Source: Lama guanicoe (lineage: Eukaryota). Taken from it: DNA of 64,000 nucleotides. The stretch is from positions 762,017 through 826,016 of the forward strand of contig MU053136.1 in NCBI GenBank assembly GCA_013239625.1. Reading direction: 5' to 3'. The position numbers were made by a program, and so were the translations under genes. Positions 24,569-35,859 of this stretch are shown here, in pieces (positions within the stretch are counted from its first letter, which is position 1; each line of letters opens with the position of its first letter). The notes beneath the pieces are model-generated. The model searched no databases. It worked only from the letters and a program-made list of their open reading frames with translations, and was not told the DNA's origin.

Positions 24569-27355
24569 TTTTTCTTTTCTTTTTTTTTTAACATTTTTTA
24601 TTGAGTACTAGTCATTTTACAATGTTCTGTCAAATTCCAGTGTAGAGCACAATTTTTCAGTTATACTTGAACATATATATATTCATTGTCACATTTTTTT
24701 CACTGTGAGCCACCACAAGATCTTGTATATATTTCCCTGTGCTATACAGTATAATCTTGTTTATTTATTCTACATCTTGAAATCCCAGTCTGTCCCTTCC
24801 TACCCACCGCCCCCTTGGCAACCACAAGTTTGTATTCTATGTCTATGAGTCTGTTTCTGGTTTGTTTGTTTGTTTGTTTTTTAGATTCCACATATGAGTG
24901 ATCTTATATGGTATTATTTCTTTCTCTTTCTGGCTTACTGCACTTAGAATGACATTCTCTAGGAACACCCATGTTGCTGCAAATGGCGTTATGTTGTCAG
25001 TTTTTATGGCTGAATAGTAATTCCCTTGTATAAATATACCACTTCTTCTTCATCCAGTCGTCTGTTGATGGACATTTAGGATGTTTCCATGTCTTGGCTA
25101 TTGTAAATAGTGCTGCTATGAACATTGGGGTGCAGGTGTTATTTTGACGTAGGGTTCCTTCTGGATATATGCCCGCAAGCAGGATTCCTGGGTCACATGG
25201 TAAGTCTATTCCTAGTCTCTTGAGGAATCTCCATACTGTTTTCCACAGTGGCTTTCCTTGCTTCCCTCTCCCACTCTTAATGATTTAGATGTCTTCTTTT
25301 ACAATTCTGTGTTTATTCTTTTTGGAATTCATGGCAGTTATCTCCTTTCCAGTTATGAGTTTCTCATTTCTGTAGCATCCTGCTTCTTTTCTATTTAGAG
25401 TAGACCTGTCAGTATTTCTTTTAGCATGGATTTAGTGTTGTTAAACTCTTTCAGTTTTTGCTTGTCTCTGTGAAGTTCTTTATCTCTCCTATTCTGAAGG
25501 ACAGCCTTGCTGGATAGAGTATCCACGGCTGCATCTTTTTTTCATTCAGGACTTTGAGTATATCTTGCCACTCCCTTCTGGCCTGTAGAGTTTGTGTCGA
25601 GAAATCAGCTGAGAGCCTCATGGGGGTTCCCTTGTAACTCACAATTTGTTTTTCTCTTGCTGCCTTCAGGATCATTTCTTTATCCTTGTCTCTGGCCATC
25701 TTGATTATGGTATGTCTTGGTGTGGGTCTGTTTGGATTCTCCCTGTTTGGGACCCGCTGAGCCTCCTGTACTTGGATATCTGATTCCTTCTTTAGGTTTG
25801 GGAAATTTGCAGTCATGATTTCTTCCAATACCTTTTCAATTCTCTTTGTTGACAAGCTTTATGTTATCCTATAGGTCCCTTATATTGTTTTCATTGTTTT
25901 TATTTGTTTTTCTCTCAGCTGTTCTGATTGGGTGCTTTCTGTTGTCCTGTCTTCTAGGTCACTTATTTGTTCCTCTGCATTATCTAGCCTGCTTTGGACA
26001 GCCTTTAGGGCAGCTCTCATCTCAGCAAATGAGTTTACTAATTCTACTTGATTCTTCTTTATAGCTTCTATTTCATTTTTGACATATTTTATATCTCTAA
26101 ACACTATCTGTTTTAGTTCCTTCAGTACTTTGATCAGCTCTTTTTTGAAGTTTTGATCTAGTAGACCATCAGTGTCTATTTCCTTGATCATACTTTCAGG
26201 GGATTTCTCTTGATCTTTAAATTGGGCGTGGTTCCTCTGCTTCTTCATATTGCTCATATCTCTCTGGCACTGTGTCTGGTGGGTGGGAGGGTCAATCCCC
26301 CTCCTGATGCCACAGTCAGATGCTGTGCTTGAGGGGAGGGAGGTGGGTGGATCTTGCCCCCCTCCCAGCACCGTGGTCAGGTGTTGCATTCCTACCTAGA
26401 AGGTGGGTGGCCGCCCACCCTATCCTGGCCCAGGTTGCTCGCTCCACCTCAGATTGGCGCTCCGCAGGCAGGCTCAGGGAAGACAGTGGAACGGCCCACC
26501 CCTGCTCTGGGCCAAATCTCAGCTCCTTGTTTGTCTTGGCAGTGCGAGTTCTCTGAGTTGCCAGGGCAGAAAGATCCTATCTGCCTCGGGCTGTAAACAA
26601 GTCTCAATCCTGCCTAGGAGGTTGCGGAGCCCCCGGGTGTGGATTTAGGTCTCACCCCTGCCCCTGCGCTGAGCACAGGAGGACATAGCAGCTGTGGCTG
26701 CGCCTGCCTCTCTTCTCACGAGAAGCGCCAGTAATGGCGCCACGGGTCTTAGGAGACGAAGGCTACAGCGCTCCTACCCCCAGGGCACACCAGCCTTGTT
26801 GCATGCTTTTTTCACAATTTATGGGGGACCAAGGTCATTCTGCTACATATCCCCTCCCAGCCATGGCGCGCAGCACCCAGCAGTCCCCCGGGGCTGCCTC
26901 AGTGCAGCTGTCCTAGTCCTCTGCCCGGCTCGGGTGGCCAGTCCTGGCCCCCAGCTGCCAGCTCACATCTCAGGGTGGGTGTTGCGGGGTCTCTTTGTGC
27001 CCATTTAACTTAGTTCTTTCAGTCAAGGGGTGCTTGGGGCAGATCTGAGCCTCAGAGGCTCCCCCCCTGTCCCACTGGCCTCTCCGTTGGAGGGGGGAGA
27101 CCCAGCAAATGAGCACTAGTCCTCCTTTGCCGCTCCCTCCCCGTGGGACTGGTCCTGCACTGTTTTGTTTTTTCTTCTTTCTTTTTTCCTTTTTTCCTAC
27201 CAGATTCGTGGTGTCTTTGTCTTTCGAAGAAGGCAATGTTCTTTCGGAATTCGGTAGGTGCTCTGGTTGGCTAAGTGGGTCTGAAAATGTGAGTCTTGGT
27301 GTATTTGTGGGAGAGGGTGAGCTACGAGTGTCCTTCTACTCCGCCATCTTGCTTC
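24569..27355 (-). mobile_element. 5'-complete, ORF2-deleted L1 derivative (HAL1-like): CpG-rich 5'UTR, ORF1, ORF2 C-terminal stub, 3'UTR and A-tail
   Basis: Perfect 18-bp TSD tgtatacactatattttc (24551-24568 / 27356-27373). 5' end GAAGCAAGATGGCGGAGTAG. ORF1 ATG at 26257, frameshifted (ORFs 25880..26389 and 25451..25855). Deletion junction ~25254. Confidence 0.9.
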
Positions 27356-28574
27356 TGTATACACTATATTTTCATTTCAGCTCCTATAGCTACTGAGAAG
27401 TGACTAGAATACATAAGAAGTAAAGTATGTCCTCAGACCAGCACAACTAAAGAAATTGTCTGCTCTAACAAAATGCATCACTCTTCCTCCTAAAATGAAA
27501 TTGCACAGAAATAGAAGTTCAGTTTTTAACTGAATAAAGAAGTTTACAAAGTTGGTTCTTTGTGGAGAACAAGGTTGGTGTGAGGTAAGGGGAGCCTGGG
27601 GAAACACAGAAGAAGGAGCTTTCCTCAAAAGAGACTTCTAAAGATGTGATGTTAAGGAGAAGTCTCAGGAAGGAGGGGCCAGTCAAGAAACAAATACTAT
27701 AGCAAGGTCAGTTGAGGCCAAAGCTGATTAGCATCCATTAATTTTTTAATTTGGAAGTTACCAGAGCAGCTGTGGTGCTGGCAAAGAAAAGAGCTGAATT
27801 AGACTAGACTGAGGTGGGTATGAGGGTGAAAAATCAGAAAGGAGAGAAGAAACTTCTCCTTTTGAAGAATTTGAATTTGAAGGAAAGAGCAAGACAGGGC
27901 GGTGTCTAGAAAGAGACACCAGGGTACAAAGGGAGTGTTTTCAATATGGCACAGATGGAAGTGTGTATCTAGACTTGGGGAAAGAACCAGTGACAGGAGT
28001 GGTTGAGAACAAGGCTAGGGAAGGAATAATTGCTAGAGGAAGGATGCAGGAAGGGACTGGATTCACAGCACAGGAGAAGAAATTCTCCTTACATAGGAGG
28101 AGAGACACTGCATCAGACTGCAGAGAAGGAGGTTATGTTGGTCAGCAGGGAACTCAGGAAATGGAGGGATTTCTCATTTGGTACCCTCACTTTTCTCTTA
28201 GTATGACAAGAAGATTGTGGGGTTCAGGGCATTGAGAACTATGGTGAATGTTTGAAAAAACTTATAGGGAAATGGGAGACAGCTGATTAGGGACACAGAA
28301 GCTGCTGCAATAAGCTTGGTATTAGACTTCAGACTCCATATTTTAGTAGCAAGAGACTGACTAAAACAGTGACCCAGGTGTCTGTTCTGTCCTGGGAAGA
28401 GGTGAAGGCAGCAGCAGGTTCACAGATTGGAGAATATAGAGAAAAGGGTCAAGGAACCTGCAGTCTACATGAGATCAAAGAACAAGAATTTGGGAGGATA
28501 GAAAGGAGAGTTCTGGAAACACAGGACCATGTGATCAGAAAGTTGGTACTGAAGTTTAAGATTTCAGAGAAGAA

Positions 28575-28754
28575 GAGGGAAAGGTATAACCCAAGTGGTA
28601 GAGCACATGGTTAGCATGCATGAGGTCCCGGGTTCAATCCTCAGTACTTCTTCTAAAAAAAATAAATAAACCTACCCCCCTTCAAAAAAAAAAGTTATAA
28701 AGAGAGGTGGGGGAAAGTCTCTACCCCTCTTACACCTCCTTTCAAAAAAAAAAA
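28575..28754 (+). mobile_element. tRNA-derived SINE (Vic-1-like)
   Basis: gggaaaggtataacccaagtggtagagcac...gggttcaatcc; A-rich tail; TSD cagagaagaa. Confidence 0.8.
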
Positions 28755-30091
28755 CAGAGAAGAAATGATCCTGAGTGTTAAAAATCCAGAGCAAGGTTAT
28801 GACCTGTAGTTGCCTGAAATAGAAATGGCCACTGAAGTTAGGAAGATCAAGAAAATGTTAAACTAAGATATCATCTTCATGAGCGCTGAAAGCACTGAGA
28901 CTGATGGCAGACCTGAGGCAGAGAAGAAAACCATGTGACAGAATGTTCTGGAAATGGTGGGCATTTGGTTTCTGACTTCCCAGTCTTCCTCTTTTAATAC
29001 AGCACCTTGATTTCCTTTGGGGGAGTTACCTCTCCCATGGTCTGCAGACTCAGTGGATGTGCACATCCCAGCTCCTTGCCCTCCTCTACCTGAGGGACTG
29101 GTGCAGCACCACAGTTAGACCAGCGGGAATCCCTCTCTCTCTGTCTTCTGTCTTTGTGTCTGTCTCTCTCGCTCGCTCGCTCGACTGTGAGCAGTACAGA
29201 GCAGTACAAATGCAAAGGACGGTTGGGACAAATTATTTCAGAGTGGTGCCCTGACAAAACTGACAAGGAGTTCTTGGGGCTGAGAATCCTTCCCCAATGC
29301 TGGCTTTTTAGCGTTCAGTGCCGTACCCACCCACCCTGCAAATTCTTCCCATAAGTTGTCTTTCTGTTTAGTTAGCTGGAGTTGGTTGCTGTTGCTTACG
29401 TCTAGAGAAGCCTGTGAGACGCACTCAGTCCTGAGCTGTAAGTCTAGGGGGCAGTGAGGAATGCAGGTTAGTGTACCTGAAATACGTACAGGAAGCCAAC
29501 TGAGTGGTGCTGCTGGAGTCCGAATGCTCTTGCTCTCAGTGACTTTGTACGGTATAAATCTACAACTTAAAAAATTTTTTTTTCACTTTTATTGAGATAC
29601 AGTTGACATACAACACTGTATAAGTTTAAAAATTTTTTTTCCTTGTGGTGAGAATTCTTAGGATTTACTCTCTTAACAATTTTCACATATAATATACAGC
29701 AGTTAATTATATTTATTGTGTTGTACATTCTATCCCTAGTACTTATTTATCATATAATTAGGACTCTGTACAGTTTGACTGCCTTCAACTTATTCCCCCT
29801 TCACCCCCACCTCTGGTAACCACAAATCTGATTTCTTTTTCTACAGGTTTGTTTGTTTGTTTATTTGTTTGTGTTAAAAGTACAGTTGACAGGAACTATT
29901 ATTGATTATATTCCCCACACTATACATTTCATACCAGTGACTCATTTATTTCACACCTGGGAGTTTGTACCTCTTAATCTCCCTCACCAAATCTACAAAT
30001 ACTTATTTTATTGTTTGATGTTGCTTTTTTATTTTTCAATTAAACCTTTGGCAGCAGTGAGCTTTAAAATCTCATATTTCATTTAAAATTA

Positions 30092-30172
30092 AGAGGGGAG
30101 GGTATAGCTCAAGTGTTAGAGCGCATACTTAACATGTGCTAGGTCCTGGGTTCAATCCCCAGTACCTTCTCC
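30092..30172 (+). mobile_element. tRNA-derived SINE (Vic-1-like)
   Basis: ggggagggtatagctcaagtgttagagcgc...gggttcaatccccagtacc. Confidence 0.82.
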
Positions 30173-31498
30173 ATTTCATTAAACAGTTAATGTAACTTGC
30201 AAAGATTTGTTAACAACTGGGAGCCATACTAATACCACTGACCAAGCCAGGAAGGCAAAAGAAGCATCTCCATCTGCTTCAAAAGTTAGTCTTGTTTTAA
30301 GAAGACTGCACCCAAAGACATAGATTTGCCACCTGCAGCTACAGATGATACATTTACATTTCACCCTATGAAGAGTCACTTTTCATTTTGAACAAATGAC
30401 AATTTTGATTTCAAATTTTTTCTTGTGCACATGTGATGAGGCCAAAGTTGTTAATGTGTCAAATCCTTTAGCAGAAAAACATTATAAACAGCTAATGTCA
30501 TTTTATGCCAGTATTAACATGTGACTCAAGTAGAAAATGAGTTAATTCCAATAATGCTTTGTTTTTTATCCAGTTATTAAAACGAAAGTAAAGTTTTTGA
30601 GTTAATTCTGTCAAAGTTAAAAAACTTTGTGACATTGTAAATGTAACTGTAAATTCAACTTTAAAGTTCAACATTGAAGATAAAGTTAATTAGTTTGGGC
30701 AGCAATAGTTACAGATACAAAAGTTGATAGAACCCAGTGTCATGATGAGAGCAAAGTCCTCTCTGAATCAAAAATTATGGGAAAAAAATGTACTTGGCCT
30801 TGGTTGCAATACACATAATGTTAATGACTGCTTCCAAACAAACTGTGACCTTCTACCTATTCAAACTGGAAGTTATATCTTTCAAAATTTATAAATGTTT
30901 TAATTTATATAAAGAATAATTGAACTATAAAATTGTGTTGTGGCAAAACTGATATTAAAAAATAAATGCTTTGTAAAAAAATTAACTACATAGGCCATAA
31001 AACAAATCTCAGCAAATATCAAAGTCCTCTGCTGATGAAGTTCTCTGACCTGAAGATCGTTGTTCTACAAATCAATAAGTAAATGATTGTCAGAAAATCC
31101 TCATGTGTTTGAATACACACTAACGAAAATGAAGAAACTATTTCCATGTACAACACTACAGGCAAATCTTGTAAGCATAATGCTGATCAAAAAAACACAA
31201 TATATAAGAAGCGAAATAGGCAAAATAAGACCATATTTTTTAGAAACACAGTCATGATCTCACTTGTATGTGGAACTTTTTTTAAAAAAATAGAACAAAA
31301 TAAATGAGCTCATGAATACAGAGAACAGATTGATGGTAGCCAGAGGTAGCGAGTGGAGATGGGTGAAATGGGTGAAGAGGGTCAAAAGATGCAAACATCC
31401 AATTATAAAATAAGTTATGGAGATGTAATATACAGTATAGTGACCATTGTTAATAATACCGTGTCGTATATTTGAAAGTTGCTAAAGAGTACATCTTG

Positions 31499-31624
31499 TG
31501 GGGGTGGGTATAGCTCAAGTGGTAGAGCGCATGCTTAGCATGCACAGGGTCCTGGGTTCAATCCCCAGTACCTCCTCTAAAAATAAATAAATAAGTAAAC
31601 CTCACGAAATATAAATAAATAAAT
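31499..31624 (+). mobile_element. tRNA-derived SINE (Vic-1-like) nested in an L1 3' fragment
   Basis: gggtatagctcaagtggtagagcgcatgcttagcatgcac...gggttcaatcccc; (TAAA)n tail; degenerate TSD gagtacatcttg/gaatagatcttg. Confidence 0.85.
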
Positions 31625-32904
31625 GAATAGATCTTGAAGTTCTCATTGCAAGAAAAAAATTTTGTAGCTATGTATGGTGACAGATGTTAAATAGACTTAT
31701 TGCCATATCATTTACCACTAGACCATCAAATGAGGAAGGTGTACACCCAGGTGGCCAGTGTTCCATACATTGATCAAAGTGGGAGTTACAAGCGTATTCA
31801 CTTTATAATTATTTATTAAATTCTACGTATATGATTATGCATTTCTTTGTGCATTGTATTTCACAGTAAAAAATAATGTTAAAAATTAAAGGAAATAAAT
31901 AACTTTGAATGGGTATAGGTTTTCTTTTTAGGGTGATGATAATGTTCTGAAATTAGGCACTGGAAATAGTTACATAGCTCTGTGAATATACTGAAGTGTA
32001 CACTCGGAGTGAATTTTATGGTATGTAAATTATATCTCAATAAGACAGTTTTAAAAAAATACTTTAGTACAGCAGGACACCCTTCTTCTCTTTCCTGCCT
32101 GCCACTGATTAGATTTGAGAGATGTGTGAGCTTTTGAAGAACTACCTTGTAAAAAAAAAAAAAAGGAACTACCTTGCAAATCAGTCTGTGCCCTAAATTT
32201 TTTGCTTTTTTAAAAATGAGTCTTTTCAATTTTATTGAATTTTGTTCAAAAAACAGTTGGAAATCTGTACTCAATATTCAACAAATGGAAGAGTGTTATT
32301 AAAGCATTTAGTAAACTGCAGCTATTGAAAACACTGTAAAGAGCAAGACTTTTTTTGTATATATATGTTTTTATTTGAAGTATAGTCAGTTTTCAATGTT
32401 GTGTCAATTTCTGGTGTACAGCACAATGCTTCAGTCATACATGAACATACATATATTCGTTTTCATATTCAAAAGCAAAACATTTAAACTCATCCCTGCA
32501 AAACAAGAGAGGAACAGAACAAGTTAAAAGTAAGAATCCAAACAGTGTATAAGGTTTACTTTTGAAAATCTATATTCCATAATTATATTTTGGACTCTAT
32601 GAATTTATGGGATGAATCTTTTATGGAATTCCAATTTTAATGGATTAACTTATATTCTGCACTGGAATGGAAAAAATTGAGAAGGTTATGATTTTGCAGC
32701 ATCTAGATTTGGTGGAACCATAGAGGCAAGTTTTTTGTCAAAAATAGGTTTTGAATGTAGCCCGAAAGAAGTATATATGAACATATTTAGGCTGAAATAC
32801 ATATACTTTTCAATACCAAAAAAAATTGAAAATAGGTTCCATTTAGTAGAATTTCCTCCAAAGTTATTCAGCACCTATAGAGAAAGTATTCTCTCAATAT
32901 TATG

Positions 32905-33845
32905 AACTACACATCACTAATTATCAGAGAAATGCAAATCAGAACTACAATCAGGTATCACCTCACACTGGTTAGGATAGCCATCATCAAAAAGTCACAA
33001 ATAATGTGCAGGCGAGGCTGTGGAGAAAAGGGAACACTCTGACACTGTCAGGGGAATGTAAATTGATGCAGCCACTGTGGAAAACAGCATGGAGTTTCCT
33101 TAAAAAACTAAAAGCAGAGCTGCCATAAGATCCAATAATCCCACTCCTGGGCATATATCCAGAAAAAATGAAAACTCTAATTTGGAAAGATGCACCCACC
33201 CCGATGTTCATATCAGCACTATTCATAATAGCCAAGGCATGGAAACAACCTAAATGTCCATCAACAGATGACTGGATAAAGAAGATGTGGTGTGTGTGTG
33301 TGTGTGTGTGTCTTGCTTTTGAATATGAAAGTGAATATATGTATGTTCATGTATGACTGAAGCATTATGCTGTACACCAGAAATTCACACACACACATAC
33401 ACCACAATGGACTATTATTCAGCCATAAAAAGAAATGAAATAATGCCATTTACAGGACCATGGATGAATATAGAAATTATTATATTAAGTGAAGTAAGTC
33501 AGGCAGAGAAAGACAAATATATGGTATCACTTATATGTGGAATCTAAAAAAGATACAAATGAACTTATTTACAAAACAGAAAGAGACTCACAGACATAGA
33601 AAACAAACCTATGGTTACCAAAGGGGAAGTGGGAAGGGGAGGGATAAATTAGGAATATAGGATTAACAGATACATACCACTATATATAAAATAGATAAAC
33701 AACAAGGATTTACTGTCTAGCACATGGAACTATATTCAATATCTTATAATAATCTATAATGGAAAAGAATCTGAAGCTGTACACCTGAAATTATCAAAGT
33801 ATTTTAAATCAACTATAGCTAAATAAAGAAAAATTTTTAAAAAAT
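32905..33845 (+). mobile_element. L1 3' portion (ORF2 C-terminus and 3'UTR)
   Basis: catcactaattatcagagaaatgcaaatc...; ORFs 33168..33356 ([20 protein letters not shown]) and 33353..33547. Confidence 0.85.
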
Positions 33846-34589
33846 ATATTCTGGACTACAGAAGTCAGTGTTTCTCAACAATTTCAAATTCATTGACCAA
33901 TTATGTGCAATTTTATGAAAAGTTTAAAATAATAAGACCATATGGAAAAAATATATTCTTCAAAAACAATTCTAGTGATTCAGTAGAGACAGATACAGCT
34001 GATATGCTGATTAAAGAATGTGAGTAAGTTCCAAAAATAAGAATTCTGGTTAGGCCATTTTAATGTTTAAATAATCAATATAAAGAATATTTTATGCTTT
34101 ATTATTTACAGACCTATATTATTACATTTAGAAAAAATATTATTTTGAGAATAGATTTGAGTAGAACTGCTTATGACTATATTTGCTCCTCTTGCAATAA
34201 GAAGCTGTACAGGTGGTAAGAGCATCAAGCTGGCCCTTAAATTACTATAATCTCCCCAACCACCATCCCATCATCTACTCCAAGTGTCTTTCCCCTGTTC
34301 CCTAGGAACAAAGCCCCACCACACTGATTAGCAGACTGGCTTTCTGGCCTGCCAGGAATGTGTTAAATATAAATATCCTCCCACCATAAACACAATATAA
34401 GTTACAGAAAACTCAAACATTATAAAAATGTACAATGCAGAAAGTGTAGGTCCACCCCCTAACCCATCTCTGAGATAAACGTCAACATTTGGGATTATTT
34501 CTCGCACACACACACACACACAAATACACACCCCACAAGCTTGCATGTAGTGTATGCACATATATTTATTTTTACGTATGTTTCATACT

Positions 34590-35074
34590 ATTACAGGAGT
34601 TCAGAATAGGCCTCCCCAAAATGGCATGTGGATTATTTTGAGCTAAAGGCAATGGAGGCCTTTTGGGCTCAAGATAACTATTGCTCCTCCCTTAACTACC
34701 TAGAAGAATTTAAATTGGGGATTTTTTTCCCAGGGAAAAAAAAAAGAGTTATTGCCAGATACAACTTTTATCTAAGTGGCCCCACGTATATGGCAAAGAA
34801 AACATCTAATTACTAAACATCTGCTCTTCTAACCATCCTATGAATGACCGCTGTCCTTGGAAGTGTGAGGCCCCTAGCTCATTCCTTAGGTCAGGATGGC
34901 ATATCTGCCTCCTTTTACTTTCCTGTCTGACCCTCTCATGTCTCTGGGGTTCCCATACTTACGAAATTAAATCCAGTTTTCCCCAGTTAATCTGTCTCGT
35001 GTCATTTTAATTATTTGACCAGCCAAAAAGAACCAAAGAAGGGAGGGCGTAAGAGAAATTTTCCCTTTCCCAAC
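34590..35074 (+). mobile_element. Probable solo ERV LTR
   Basis: ~480-bp unit beginning aggagttcagaataggcctccccaaaatggcatgtggattattttgagctaaagg, with ATTAAA, ending ...cccaaCA. Confidence 0.5.
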
Positions 35075-35859
35075 ACTATTTATGCTACTCTATATTTTTT
35101 GCTGAATAATGTATGTATCTCAGATGCAGCCTTCCATGTAGATAAGAAGTTAATGATTTGGAGATTTTGCTCAAGTAATTCATTAACAGGAAGATCAATG
35201 TTTCGTTTATCCTGTCCAGCAGATCTAAGTGAATGTTTAGAGGCTTCTAGCATTGCAAAACTGTCTAGTCTATGGAATAAAACTCCTAAATGTGCATAGA
35301 GCTCCCTCACTTTTTTGTGTTCCAGTCAGCAATTTAAATTCTGACTCTCGTTCCTAGGATTGCTAACTGCTCAAGAAAACCTCCCTCCCAAAGCATCAGA
35401 AAAACAGCATTTACATGTTACATAATTTTATATGTCCTGTATTTGCTGCATTCAGCAAATATTTATTTAATAACTACTACTTGCAAGGTCCTAGAGATTA
35501 AAATTTTACTGACACATTTATTGATGATTTCTTTCCCAAGGACTAAGCTATTTAGTAATGCTGCTGCCCTCTAAACATTCTACACTTCATTTACATCATT
35601 TGACAGGATAAACCGGTCTTCTTGTTAGTGATCTACTTGAACAAATCTTTCAAAACAGTGTCTGGCTGCAATTAAATTTCCAGCAACATCCACTAAGAAG
35701 AACATAGCAAGACAGATAAAAATTACTACACTTTATTGAAAAACTATGGTTTATTTTTTACGTTCAACAAGTGTTTTTTACTATTTACTATACACAGGGC
35801 ATAGTAATAGGTATTTAAAGAGGTCATTCCTACACTTCGAGATTACACAGATTATGGCG

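Larger units (their letters stand above)
30180..34200 (+). mobile_element. Fragmented hAT DNA transposon fossil (Tip100/Zaphod-like transposase), interrupted by L1 and SINE insertions
   Basis: Hand translation gives VLGLGCNTHNVNDCFQT (CxxH motif, ~30790-30840) and [10 protein letters not shown] (hATC ERxFS-like motif, ~32868-32897). Boundaries approximate. Confidence 0.6.

Noticed and set aside
25451..26389. L1 ORF1 as a functional CDS
   Set aside because: Split by frameshifts and a small deletion near 25850.
31499..31575. tRNA-like sequences as real tRNA genes (also 16741, 28575, 30092, 55808, 57110)
   Set aside because: They have A-rich tails and/or TSDs and diverge from one another, so they are SINEs.
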